Source of the DNA: Candidatus Poribacteria bacterium
GTDB lineage: Bacteria > Poribacteria > WGA-4E > PCPOR2b
Reading direction: 5' to 3'
NCBI GenBank assembly: GCA_965116925.1
Contig: OZ220744.1
Span: 4,736,001-4,800,000, forward strand
Length of the DNA stretch: 64,000 bases
Shown here: piece after piece, positions 1 through 9,311 of the stretch
How positions within the stretch are numbered: the stretch's first letter is position 1
How the letters are laid out: each line of letters begins with the position of its first letter
Position numbers and translations under genes: made by a program
The notes under the pieces: generated by a model
Databases searched by the model: none
Told to the model about the DNA's origin: nothing
Seen by the model: only the letters and a program-made list of their open reading frames with translations

Positions 1-789
1 CTGTTGATATTCTTTGTCTGTCAAGGTTTGGGCGGGTGCAACCGTAATGCTGTCGCCGGTGTGAACCCCCATCGGATCAAAATTCTCAATGGAACAGATA
101 ATCACGACGTTATCCGTCCCATCTCGCATCACCTCAAGCTCAAACTCTTTCCAACCGATTACCGATTCTTCAATCAACACCTCGTTGACCGGACTCAACC
201 CCAATCCGTACTCGACCATGTCCCGAAATTCTTCAATATTGTAAGCAATTCCACCGCCGGTGCCGCCGAGCGTAAATGCTGGACGGATAATTGCTGGGTA
301 GCCGATCTCATCAATAATGGCAATGGCATCATCAAACGAATGGGCGATCCCACTTTTTGGCACCGCCAAGCCGATGTGTATCATCGCCTTTTTGAACAAC
401 TCTCGATCTTCCGCCTTTTGGATGGCGGGAAGTTTCGCACCAATTAACTCAACTCCATACTTATCCAATGTACCCGATTCGGCAAGTGCAACAGAAACAT
501 TTAGCCCTGTCTGTCCGCCCAAAGTTGGGAGTAGGGCTTGGGGGCGTTCTTTAGCAATAATTCTTTCGGCGATATCTGCGCCAATCGGTTCAACATAGGT
601 TCGGTCTGCAAGCTCCGTGTCCGTCATAATCGTTGCTGGATTACTGTTGACAAGGACAACCTCATACCCCTCCTCTTTCAAGGATTTACACGCCTGAGTG
701 CCCGAATAGTCAAACTCGCAGGCTTGACCGATAATAATCGGACCGGAGCCGATGATTAAAATCTTTTCGATGTCAGTTCGCTTTGGCAT
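1..789 (-). CDS. carB: Carbamoyl-phosphate synthase large subunit, 5' part (runs off window)
   Basis: Reverse strand from ATG at 789 reads [30 protein letters not shown]..., with [13 protein letters not shown] near the window edge; follows carA. Not in the ORF track because its stop is outside the window. Confidence 0.95.
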   Translation of the reverse strand, partial: MPKRTDIEKILIIGSGPIIIGQACEFDYSGTQACKSLKEEGYEVVLVNSNPATIMTDTELADRTYVEPIGADIAERIIAKERPQALLPTLGGQTGLNVSVALAESGTLDKYGVELIGAKLPAIQKAEDRELFKKAMIHIGLAVPKSGIAHSFDDAIAIIDEIGYPAIIRPAFTLGGTGGGIAYNIEEFRDMVEYGLGLSPVNEVLIEESVIGWKEFELEVMRDGTDNVVIICSIENFDPMGVHTGDSITVAPAQTLTDKEYQQ

Positions 790-904
790 GGTAAATAACC
801 TTATCGTATTGTTATCGGGACAGAATTTAACGCAAAGGTACGAAGACGCAAGGATTTTTTCCCTTGCTTCATTGCAGCATTGCGTTGTTTGTCTTTCTCA
901 CGTT

Positions 905-2083
905 TTACGTTTTACGCATCATATCTGTAAACCGCTTAAAAAGATAACTCGCATCATGGGGACCGGGAGACGCCTCCGGATGGTACTGCACAGAGAAGAT
1001 TGGATACTCGCTGTGTTCCATCCCTTCAAGGGTTTGATCGTTCAGATTAATATGCGTTACTTTTACATTGTTTGGCAGTGAGTCAATGTCCACGCAGAAA
1101 CCGTGATTTTGTGAAGTAATTTCGACCTGATCTGTGTCAAATCGTTTGACAGGTTGATTTGCGCCACGATGTCCGAATTTGAGTTTGAAACTCTTTCCGC
1201 CGAATGCAAGTCCTAACAATTGATGCCCTAAGCAGATGCCAAAGGTCGGTTTCGTTCCAATCAATTGTCGAATCGTCTGGATACCGTATTCAATCGGCTC
1301 TGGATCGCCGGGACCGTTGGATAAGAAGATACCATCTGGATCCGCGGCGAGAATCTCTGCTGCGGAGGTGTGTGCTGGCACAACTTGCACCTGACAACCG
1401 TGTTGGGTCAGTTGGCGTAAGATATTATATTTGACCCCGAAGTCCACCGCAATGACGCGGAATTGGGGGGCTGACGGCACCTCAATCTCTGTTGTGTCAA
1501 AGTCAATTGTGAGTTGGGAATTTTTATCATTAGCAGTAGCGGTTAAATCAGGAAAGGGGTTTGATTCGGGATTGCGCGTCTCCCATAAGTACGGATTGGG
1601 GCATGTCACGTATTGAACCATGTCCCTCCCGACGAGTCCGTGCCACGCCTGTGCTTTGGCAACCAAACTTTGGGGGTCAAGGTCTTCGGTCGAAAGGACA
1701 CCATCCATGACGCCCTGCACTCTGAGCCGTTTGGTCAATGCACGTGTATCAATACCGTGGATGCCGATAATCCCATTATCTTCGAGGTAGCTACCGAGGT
1801 TGGATTGTGAACGCCAGTTGCTTTCGTAAGCACTATATTCACGCACAACAAACCCTTCCACCTGCGGTCGAATTGATTCGACATCGATATCGTTGCAGCC
1901 GTAGTTCCCGATCAGCGGGTAGGTCATCGTGACAATCTGCCCCTTATAGGATGGATCGGTCAGGATCTCTTGGTAGCCGGTCATGCTGGTGTTAAAAACC
2001 ACCTCACCGGAGGTTTCTCCGGTCGCGCCGAAATGTTCACCTTCAAAAACTGTTCCATCTGCTAATGCGAGAATTGCTTTCAT
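905..2083 (-). CDS. carA: Carbamoyl-phosphate synthase small subunit
   Basis: [10 protein letters not shown] start with AGGA upstream; [40 protein letters not shown] motifs. Confidence 0.96.
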   Translation of the reverse strand: MKAILALADGTVFEGEHFGATGETSGEVVFNTSMTGYQEILTDPSYKGQIVTMTYPLIGNYGCNDIDVESIRPQVEGFVVREYSAYESNWRSQSNLGSYLEDNGIIGIHGIDTRALTKRLRVQGVMDGVLSTEDLDPQSLVAKAQAWHGLVGRDMVQYVTCPNPYLWETRNPESNPFPDLTATANDKNSQLTIDFDTTEIEVPSAPQFRVIAVDFGVKYNILRQLTQHGCQVQVVPAHTSAAEILAADPDGIFLSNGPGDPEPIEYGIQTIRQLIGTKPTFGICLGHQLLGLAFGGKSFKLKFGHRGANQPVKRFDTDQVEITSQNHGFCVDIDSLPNNVKVTHINLNDQTLEGMEHSEYPIFSVQYHPEASPGPHDASYLFKRFTDMMRKT

Positions 2084-2146
2084 TGGATTAACCGTCCTTA
2101 CTCTCAAATCGTAATTCGTTTGCAAATTCACAGGATATACAGGTTT

Positions 2147-2413
2147 CTACAAATCTTCTCTGAAGCTTCGGAACCGGGGCGTACGAATCCGTACCTGCTT
2201 GACGTGTCGAGGAACAAGAAAAAGCGTCATCTTTCCGTCATGGATTGATGGAGAAGAAGCAGCTAGCTCTTCTCGTTTGTGCTTTGCCTCTGTAAAGTCT
2301 TCCGCTACACCTACGATCTGGGTGTCGTTCAAAATGATAACGACCTTGCCTTCATACCGCTTTGGATGTTTATAGATTTCTTGGAGCCATTGTTGTGTTC
2401 GCTGTTTCTTCAT
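2147..2413 (-). CDS. Small DUF5678-like protein, possibly truncated by an amber stop
   Basis: RYEGKVVII..IVGVAEDFTEA pattern; the frame continues as KPVYPV after the TAG. Confidence 0.5.
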   Translation of the reverse strand: MKKQRTQQWLQEIYKHPKRYEGKVVIILNDTQIVGVAEDFTEAKHKREELAASSPSIHDGKMTLFLVPRHVKQVRIRTPRFRSFREDL

Positions 2414-2466
2414 GCGTTTCTCACCCCTTCAGGGAATAAACGGTGTTGCTATCTAGGGCGTACCTC

Positions 2467-3027
2467 TCATCTGCTACGAGCACTGATTTCATCCCTCAGA
2501 ATCGAATATAACTTCATATCATGGAACTGTCCTTTAGTGTAGATATATTCTCGCAAGACGCCCTCCAGGGTCATGCCAGCTTTCTCCATCACGCGAGCGG
2601 AGGCACGGTTTTCAACCATGCAGGTCCCCTCAATCCGATTGAGCCGCCAACTCTCAAAGCCGAATCGGATAATCGCCTGAGCGGTCTCGGTCGCATAACC
2701 CTTACCCCAATACCGCCGACCAATATTGAAGGCGATCTCAGCCCTTTTGTGTTCAAAGTTGACATTGTGCAAGAAGCAGTTGCCAATGACCTTACTGTTT
2801 TCGGTCAGGACAACCCCCCAACACGCAAAATCATCGGCTGTTACCCATGCAATAAAGTCTCTGCTGTCCTCTATCGATTGGTGCGCCCGCCAGAAGAGGT
2901 AGGCTGTCACCTGTGGATCGGAAACCCACTCAAATATATCTTCGGCATCCTCCATCTCTAACGGTCTCAAAAGCAACCTCTTGGTCTCTATCGCAGGCAA
3001 ATCGTTGAAGCACTCGTCCTTAGCCAT
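2467..3027 (-). CDS. GNAT N-acetyltransferase, RimJ/RimL family
   Basis: IETKRLLLRP, YWGKGYATE, N.AS.RVMEK.GM..EG motifs. Confidence 0.9.
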   Translation of the reverse strand: MAKDECFNDLPAIETKRLLLRPLEMEDAEDIFEWVSDPQVTAYLFWRAHQSIEDSRDFIAWVTADDFACWGVVLTENSKVIGNCFLHNVNFEHKRAEIAFNIGRRYWGKGYATETAQAIIRFGFESWRLNRIEGTCMVENRASARVMEKAGMTLEGVLREYIYTKGQFHDMKLYSILRDEISARSR

Positions 3028-3091
3028 ACTCTACCCCGCTTAGAAATGACTTCCTCTGTTCTTTTCCGCATTACGTTTCACGTTTCATGCT

Positions 3092-4360
3092 TCAAGTAAC
3101 AACACCGTCACGGATAGTCATCACGGGCCACCCTTTCAATTCCCAACCGTCAAAGGGAGTATTGCGACTTTTGGAGTGGGACTGTGTTACATCTACCGTC
3201 GCAACCTTTTCCGGATCTATCAATGTCACGTCAGCGGCTGCACCGATTGAGAGGGTCCCCCGATCAATCTGCAGAATCTTCGCCGGAACGCAGGTCATCT
3301 TCGCTATCGCGTCCGACAGCGTGAGTTGTCCAGTGTGGATAAGCCGATCAAACACAAGCGGTACGCAGGTCTCTGATCCGATGATGCCCGGTGGGGCTTC
3401 GAGCATCCCCTGCGCCTTCTCAAACGGAGCGTGTGGCGCGTGGTCTGTCGCAATCGCATCAAGTGTGCCGTCCTTGACTCCTTCGATAACAGCGTCAACA
3501 TCAGCTTGTGTGCGTAAGGGCGGGTGCATCTTGGCATTCGTACCATGTTCTTCAATTGCTGCGTCGGTGAGTGTAAAATGATGCGGCATCGCTTCGGCAG
3601 TGACATTGACCCCTCTGCGTTTGCCCCACCGGACAAGATCAACAGATCCCGCTGTGCTGACGTGGAGGACATGGAGGTGCCCGCCGGTCAGTTCAGCGAG
3701 CATGATGTCGCGGGCAACGATAATATCCTCCGCAGCGTTGGGGCTTCCGATTAGGTTCAATCGACGTGACGTTTCGCCGAGATTCATGACCGCCCCCACA
3801 TCAAGGTTATGCTCTTGGCAGTGCACCATCACGGGGAAGCTGTGTTTCGCACTCAACGCCAACACATCGCGCATCAATCCAGCATCCATGACTGTTTTGC
3901 CATCGTCCGATAGCCCAACCACACCGGCTTCTATCAACGCTAGTACATCCGTCAATACTTCGCCATTGAGATTTTTCGTGATGCTACCGATTGGGTACAC
4001 ATTCGCCGCACCATCTTTCCGCGCTTGCGACCGTATCAATTCGATAACGTCAGGCGTATCCGCTACCGGATCGGTATTCGCCATGCACGCAACGGAAGTA
4101 AATCCACCAGCCGCCGCCGCACGGGTGCCCGATGCGATCGTCTCCTTATGCTCAAAACCGGGTTCCCGAAGATGAACGTGCATATCGATCAAGCCCGGCG
4201 TAACAATCAAGTCCGTTGCGTCAATAGTTGGAGAGGCATCAGTTTCAATCCGATCGTCAATCCGATCGATTTTCCCATCACGAATCAGGAGATCGCCAGT
4301 GGTGTCAATCTGGTTGGCAGGATCAATAATTCGACCGTTGCGGATGAGCATCCGACTCAT
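3092..4360 (-). CDS. pyrC: Dihydroorotase (type I)
   Basis: DMHVHLREPG, ATDHAPH, SKSRNTPFDGW; overlaps the pyrR stop (ATGA). Confidence 0.95.
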   Translation of the reverse strand: MSRMLIRNGRIIDPANQIDTTGDLLIRDGKIDRIDDRIETDASPTIDATDLIVTPGLIDMHVHLREPGFEHKETIASGTRAAAAGGFTSVACMANTDPVADTPDVIELIRSQARKDGAANVYPIGSITKNLNGEVLTDVLALIEAGVVGLSDDGKTVMDAGLMRDVLALSAKHSFPVMVHCQEHNLDVGAVMNLGETSRRLNLIGSPNAAEDIIVARDIMLAELTGGHLHVLHVSTAGSVDLVRWGKRRGVNVTAEAMPHHFTLTDAAIEEHGTNAKMHPPLRTQADVDAVIEGVKDGTLDAIATDHAPHAPFEKAQGMLEAPPGIIGSETCVPLVFDRLIHTGQLTLSDAIAKMTCVPAKILQIDRGTLSIGAAADVTLIDPEKVATVDVTQSHSKSRNTPFDGWELKGWPVMTIRDGVVT

Positions 4361-4911
4361 GAATCGTCCTCCTCGTAGATCGTCGCCTGATCGACCCCAT
4401 CTTCTTCAACCAACTGAACCCGAACAATCTCCTTACGCGAAGTCGGAATATTCTTACCGATGTAGTCCGCTGCAATCGGAAGTTCACGATGCCCCCGATC
4501 AATGAGAACCGCCAATTGAATCGCTGCGGGTCGTCCAAAATCCATGACTGCGTCCATAGCAGCGCGGACAGTACGCCCGGTGTAGAGCACTTCATCAACC
4601 AAGATGACACGTTTTCCTGTGGGATCAAACGGGATTTCTGTGCGATTCACCTTAATTGTCTCATCATATAGGTTCACGTCATCTCGATAGAGCCGCACAT
4701 CAACGACACCGACTGGGACTTCAATCCCTTCGGTTCGCTCCAGATTGTCAGCGATTCGACGCGCCAAATGATCTCCCCGGCTTTTAACACCAATGACTGC
4801 CAGCTCCGCAATTTCTTGGTGACTCCGCTCCAAAATCTCATGTGATATTCGGACCACCGCCCGCCGAATGTCCTCTGCTGTCATGACTTGTGTTTTTTCA
4901 CGCATTTGCAT
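4357..4911 (-). CDS. pyrR: Pyrimidine operon regulator / uracil phosphoribosyltransferase PyrR
   Basis: LYRDD, VLYTGRTVRAA, DRGHRELPI.ADYIGKNIPTS motifs. Confidence 0.95.
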   Translation of the reverse strand: MQMREKTQVMTAEDIRRAVVRISHEILERSHQEIAELAVIGVKSRGDHLARRIADNLERTEGIEVPVGVVDVRLYRDDVNLYDETIKVNRTEIPFDPTGKRVILVDEVLYTGRTVRAAMDAVMDFGRPAAIQLAVLIDRGHRELPIAADYIGKNIPTSRKEIVRVQLVEEDGVDQATIYEEDDS

Positions 4912-4935
4912 AATCTTCCCTCACACCAATACTTC

Positions 4936-5514
4936 TCAAGTTAGATCTTCCCGCCGCTGATACAAGAGGTCAATAATCTCCTGTATCAAGGGAGAATTGT
5001 CAAAACTCCGAAAATTCCAAGGATTTGTCCAAAATTTGTCCAGCGATCGATAGCCAACCTTTTCGTATTCCAAAACCTGAATCATCAACTCAAGTTTATC
5101 AGCAGCTCGCACCAACTTCCCTTCAATAGATGTTGCGTTTTCAAACTCCTCCCAAAGTTGCATATATTTTTTTTGAAGGGGACCAAAATGTTCAAACATT
5201 GATTCAACGGCGGTCCGTTCCCCCGCTTTTTTGACTTCTTCGGGAATATATTTAAGTGTCGGAAACGGTAAATCCCCAACTCGCGCTTCAGCGACCTCGT
5301 GCAATAACGCGAGACGCATCACCTTTTCCACATCCACCGGAACCTCCTGCTCTGTCAACACATCCGCCAGAATCATCGACAAAAGCGACACCCGATAGCA
5401 GTGGTCCGCGATACTCTCGGCATCTTTGATACCGCGAATACGCCAACCGGTACGCGGCAGATTCTTGAGAACGCCAATCTCCTCAATAAAATCTAGTACA
5501 ACCTGTGCATTCAT
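4936..5514 (-). CDS. HD-domain hydrolase (YfbR/HDDC2-like 5'-deoxynucleotidase family)
   Basis: LK.LPRTGW, ESIADH, LLHEVAE, ADKLE. Start moved to MNAQV because the longer ORF runs through the attenuator terminator. Confidence 0.85.
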   Translation of the reverse strand: MNAQVVLDFIEEIGVLKNLPRTGWRIRGIKDAESIADHCYRVSLLSMILADVLTEQEVPVDVEKVMRLALLHEVAEARVGDLPFPTLKYIPEEVKKAGERTAVESMFEHFGPLQKKYMQLWEEFENATSIEGKLVRAADKLELMIQVLEYEKVGYRSLDKFWTNPWNFRSFDNSPLIQEIIDLLYQRREDLT

Positions 5515-5534
5515 CAGCAACCAAATCCAGGCAT

Positions 5535-5567
5535 AAAAAAAGCCTCCCCTACACAAAGAGGGAGGCA
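5535..5567 (-). terminator. Intrinsic terminator of the pyr attenuator
   Basis: Minus strand GCCTCCCT-CTTTGTGT-AGGGGAGGC followed by T7. Confidence 0.85.
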
Positions 5568-5621
5568 CTTAACAGTTCAATAGTTTTTGGGATATGCGGA
5601 TAGCCGTAAATCATGTTGATG

Positions 5622-5656
5622 CCCTTTCCTAACCTCACGGGATCAGATTAAAAGGG
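5622..5656 (-). promoter_or_regulatory. PyrR-binding RNA loop (anti-antiterminator)
   Basis: Minus strand CCCTTTTAATCTGATCCCGTGAGGTTAGGAAAGGG resembles the CUUUAA...ARUCCNGNGAGGYU...AAGG consensus, upstream of a terminator and pyrR. Confidence 0.85.
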
Positions 5657-5695
5657 AAAAATTTTCATACACGCCAATATCGTTAAACTTATTTA

Positions 5696-5724
5696 AGTGT
5701 AACACAATCGATCTATTTTTGCAA
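5696..5724 (-). promoter_or_regulatory. Putative sigma70 promoter of the pyr operon
   Basis: TTGCAA-17nt-TACACT on the minus strand. Confidence 0.55.
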
Positions 5725-5739
5725 GGGAAATGTTGAGCA

Positions 5740-5768
5740 TTGACATCGTGCGAAAATTCTGCTAAACT
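5740..5768 (+). promoter_or_regulatory. Putative sigma70 promoter for the DapA-like genes
   Basis: TTGACA-17nt-TAAACT. Confidence 0.65.
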
Positions 5769-5837
5769 TAATCCATCAATAAATTTTTGGTTAGCCAGAA
5801 AGTATCATTCCGAATTTAGATCAACGGGAGAATATCT

Positions 5838-6776
5838 ATGTCTATTGATACACCAACCCTTTTAGATGCTTTAGATTCTGTGACAGCGATTCCAATCATC
5901 CCCTTCAAAGATGGCGAAATTGATTACGCAGGACACGTAAAAAATATCAACTACCTGATGCAGAATAACTACCTCGAAGGCGATCGGAAGCGCGTGATTG
6001 CAATCGCTGGGACGAGCCTCATCCACCACGTCAGCTTGGAGGATCAAACCCGTATCATGGACGCCACAGGCCGCGAGATGGCAGGTGATGGGGTTCTGAT
6101 GTCAGGTATTGTGCCGAACCCAATCGGGGATGCAGGGAAACTCATTGAAGCACAGTCTAACCTGCAGCGTCCGCCCGATGTGTATCTGATAATGCCTTTA
6201 ACGGGAATCTCAAATCCTGAAGGTATATATGAACAGTACATGCAGTTTGGCAAACAGTACGGCGAATCCTGCGATGCACGATTCCTCTACTACTTCCGCC
6301 AGAAAAAAGAACTTGATGCAATGATTCGTCTGGTCAATGATTCACCACATTTTATCGGTGTGAAGATTGGCACAGGTGTAGAAGATGTAGAATCAATCAT
6401 TGATGGTGTGGGAGACAGTGGACTTGTGGTATGGGGTATCGGTGATCGATGCACACGCCCGGCAGAACTCGGTACGAAAGGACATACGTCCGGAATCGCT
6501 GTCCTATGCGCCCGTGCCTCCGACGAAATCAACAATGCCCAGCGTCGCGGTGATTACGAAACTTCCCATCAAATTGAAGCGGACATCTTTGGTCTTGAAG
6601 AGATTCGCTTCATGAATGAGCGCCTCTATAACTATTCCGCTGTGATAGAAGCGATGAACCTCAGTGGGTTTAGTGATATCGTAGGCGGCACCGGCGGCCC
6701 ATTTAACCCGCGTGTTCCGTCAGAAATTTCAGCACAGGTACAGGAAGCGATTCAACCGCTCAAGAAGTACCATTGA
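5838..6776 (+). CDS. Divergent DapA/NanA-family class I aldolase/dehydratase
   Basis: AIPIIPF..GEID start and Schiff-base Lys in FIGVKIG; lacks the canonical GTTGE. Confidence 0.7.
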   Translation: MSIDTPTLLDALDSVTAIPIIPFKDGEIDYAGHVKNINYLMQNNYLEGDRKRVIAIAGTSLIHHVSLEDQTRIMDATGREMAGDGVLMSGIVPNPIGDAGKLIEAQSNLQRPPDVYLIMPLTGISNPEGIYEQYMQFGKQYGESCDARFLYYFRQKKELDAMIRLVNDSPHFIGVKIGTGVEDVESIIDGVGDSGLVVWGIGDRCTRPAELGTKGHTSGIAVLCARASDEINNAQRRGDYETSHQIEADIFGLEEIRFMNERLYNYSAVIEAMNLSGFSDIVGGTGGPFNPRVPSEISAQVQEAIQPLKKYH

Positions 6777-6808
6777 TACAGTGGACAATCAAGGAGAATT
6801 AAAAACTT

Positions 6809-7705
6809 ATGAAGGGAAGATTTGAAGGCATTCTGACACCAACGATAACGCCTTTGGACGAAAAAGAGCGGATTGATGAGTTGGGATTTGTGAGGCATCT
6901 CAACCGTTTAATCGATAACGGTGTGCACGGTATTTACCTGCTCGGCACCTCAGGCGAATTCACAACGCTGACAAACACAGAACGGCAACACGCAATCGAA
7001 ATCGCTGCCAACACAGTCGGTGGGCGTGTCCCGATTATCTGCGGTGTGATGGATTCAAGTACGCAACGGGTCGTTCAAAATATTGAAATCGCACAGGATT
7101 TTAATATTGATGCCGTTGCGGCAACGCCACCCTACTACTACCCATCAATCAGCAACGCTGACATCGTCGATTTCTACAAGACTATCGCCCAAAGCACGGA
7201 TCTGCCCGTGGTTATCTACAATATTCCAGTGATGGTGAAAACCGCAATCCCGCCGGAAGTTGTCCGCGATTTAGCGGAGGATGTGGAAAATATCGTCGGA
7301 ATCAAGGATAGCTCAGGGGATTGGACGAACTTTCTCAAGATGCTCGCCTACCTTGAAGACAATGAGGATTTCTCGATCATGCTCGGTTCTTATACCTTAG
7401 CGGGTGGAGCAATCTTGTTCGGGGCAGCAGGTGCCGTTATTTCAATCTCCAATGTCGATCCGAAAACCTCTGTTCAACTGTATGATGCCGCGAAGGCGCA
7501 GCAGATTGATGAAGTGCATCGCCTGCAGAAACAGATCCTTGAACTGAGCAAACTCTACGGCTACGGCGCAGCAATCAGTTGTCTGAAAACCTGCATGGAG
7601 CTGCTCGGCGTTTGCAGCCACTATACCACCAGTCCTCTTCTGCCGGTGGATGATGCAGCGAAAAGTGCATTACAGGAACTGCTGACCAAACATGGGCTGA
7701 TTTAA
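6809..7705 (+). CDS. DapA/NanA-family aldolase
   Basis: GTSGE, PPYYY, YNIP, GIKDSSGD. Confidence 0.9.
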   Translation: MKGRFEGILTPTITPLDEKERIDELGFVRHLNRLIDNGVHGIYLLGTSGEFTTLTNTERQHAIEIAANTVGGRVPIICGVMDSSTQRVVQNIEIAQDFNIDAVAATPPYYYPSISNADIVDFYKTIAQSTDLPVVIYNIPVMVKTAIPPEVVRDLAEDVENIVGIKDSSGDWTNFLKMLAYLEDNEDFSIMLGSYTLAGGAILFGAAGAVISISNVDPKTSVQLYDAAKAQQIDEVHRLQKQILELSKLYGYGAAISCLKTCMELLGVCSHYTTSPLLPVDDAAKSALQELLTKHGLI

Positions 7706-7720
7706 GCGAAAAATAGAGAA

Positions 7721-7851
7721 GCTCATGTAAAAAGAAAGTGGAAAATATAAAGCGTAATCGTAGGGGCGGGGTTCCCCCACCCGCAGTAGGGGTTGGGTGA
7801 CCCAACCCCTACGAAAACTCGGTTGCTGGTGTACGCTTTCTTAACATGAGC
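7721..7851. repeat. MITE-like element (TIR GCTCATGT..AAGA) carrying GTAG-REP hairpins, copy 1
   Basis: Similar to 49507-49636; ends GCTCATGTAAAAAGA / TCTTAACATGAGC; internal GTAGGGGCGGG..CCC and GGGTTGGGTGACCCAACCCCTAC. Confidence 0.8.
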
Positions 7852-7870
7852 CAATAGAGAAAATCCCTCA

Positions 7871-9139
7871 ATGATCGAAATCCAACCCCTCCAAGAACCA
7901 ATCAACACAACAGTCACAGTGCCCGGTTCAAAAAGCTACACCAATCGGGCATTGCTTGTCGCTGCGCTGGCTGAAGGACGTTCTCAATTGACAGGTGCCC
8001 TTTTCAGCGATGATACCCACTATATGTTTCAGGCGTTGCGGAAACTTGGCGTGGGGATCGAGGCGGATGAGGAAGACTGTTCATTTCAAGTAGTCGGAAA
8101 TGGCGGAAAGATTCCTGTCGATCACGCTGAACTCTACATCGGCAATGCAGGCACAGCAGCTCGTCCGCTCGTCAGTTATGTTGCACTCGGCAACGGTGAA
8201 TTTATTATTGACGGCGATGCGCCGATGCGTCGGAGTCGTCCTATTTCGGACCTGCTTGACGCGCTCAAGCAACTCGACGTTGATGTACGTTCAAAATTCG
8301 ACAACGACTTTCTGCCGTTAATTGTTCGAGCAAACGGACTCAAGGGGGGAAAAACCCGCCTCGATGCCAGCAAGAGCAGTCAGTTCTTGACTTCGCTTAT
8401 GCTCGTCGCTCCCTATGCGGAAAAAGGGATGGCGATTGAGGTTTGGGGGGAGATGAAGACACCCTACATTGACATCACTACTTCAGTGATGAAAGGGTTC
8501 GGTGTGGACGTGGCTCACGACAACTACAAATCCTTTCACATTGAAGGTGGACAACGTTACCAACCCCGCGAATACGCCATCGAGCCAGACGCTTCCAATG
8601 CCTCCTATTTCTTCGCTGCGGCTGCGGTCACCGGTGGTCGCGTCCGGGTGACTAACCTTAGCACAGATTCCGCACAGGGCGATGTCCAGTTCGTCAATGT
8701 GCTAGAACAGATGGGCTGCCAAGTGCAACGCTGCGGCGATGATATAGAAGTTATTGGACCAGAACGGCTCAAAGGAATTGATCTGGATATGAAAGCGATC
8801 TCCGACACATCGTTGACTCTCGCCGCAATTTCCCCCTTTGCGGAGAGCCCAGTGACCATTCGGAATATAGAACATACGCGCTATCAAGAAACAGATCGCA
8901 TACATGCCATGGTCACAGAACTCCGAAAACTTGGTGTCCCTGTCGTTGAACGTCAAGATGGGGTTGAGATTTCACCCTCTCTAATTACGCCTGCGGAGAT
9001 TGAAACATATAAAGACCACCGGGTTGCAATGAGTTTTTCGCTGATTGGATTGAAAGTGCCGGGGATTCGGATTAAAGATCCGGGGTGCGTAAGCAAAACC
9101 TTTCCGACTTTTTTTGATGTGTTGGCAAGATTGAGGTAG
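7871..9139 (+). CDS. aroA: 3-phosphoshikimate 1-carboxyvinyltransferase
   Basis: PGSKSYTNR, GNAGTAAR, SSQF, ETDRI, DHRVAM. Confidence 0.96.
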   Translation: MIEIQPLQEPINTTVTVPGSKSYTNRALLVAALAEGRSQLTGALFSDDTHYMFQALRKLGVGIEADEEDCSFQVVGNGGKIPVDHAELYIGNAGTAARPLVSYVALGNGEFIIDGDAPMRRSRPISDLLDALKQLDVDVRSKFDNDFLPLIVRANGLKGGKTRLDASKSSQFLTSLMLVAPYAEKGMAIEVWGEMKTPYIDITTSVMKGFGVDVAHDNYKSFHIEGGQRYQPREYAIEPDASNASYFFAAAAVTGGRVRVTNLSTDSAQGDVQFVNVLEQMGCQVQRCGDDIEVIGPERLKGIDLDMKAISDTSLTLAAISPFAESPVTIRNIEHTRYQETDRIHAMVTELRKLGVPVVERQDGVEISPSLITPAEIETYKDHRVAMSFSLIGLKVPGIRIKDPGCVSKTFPTFFDVLARLR

Positions 9140-9311
9140 AGGGCGATGAGCACCCTAAACAAAGAAGGTAGAGGATAGATGAAAGGTGTTATTTGGACGG
9201 TGGACTAATGATCTAAGGCATGAATATGTGGATAGTTGGCTCGCGGACAAAACGCGAGGCCGAATATGTATAGTTGGCAAATCTGCAGATTCATTTTAGA
9301 GGAGGTACACA

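Noticed and set aside
4..1081. Plus-strand ORFs at the window start and the many short ORFs overlapping long genes
   Set aside because: Antisense or alternate-frame shadows of well-supported genes (here carB/carA), with no recognisable motifs.
5515..5568. N-terminal extension MPPSLCRGGFF of the HD protein
   Set aside because: It is the translation of the attenuator terminator hairpin.
6809..7705. Assigning dapA or nanA to any of the three aldolases
   Set aside because: Family is clear but substrate cannot be determined by eye, and there is no lysine or sialic acid pathway context.
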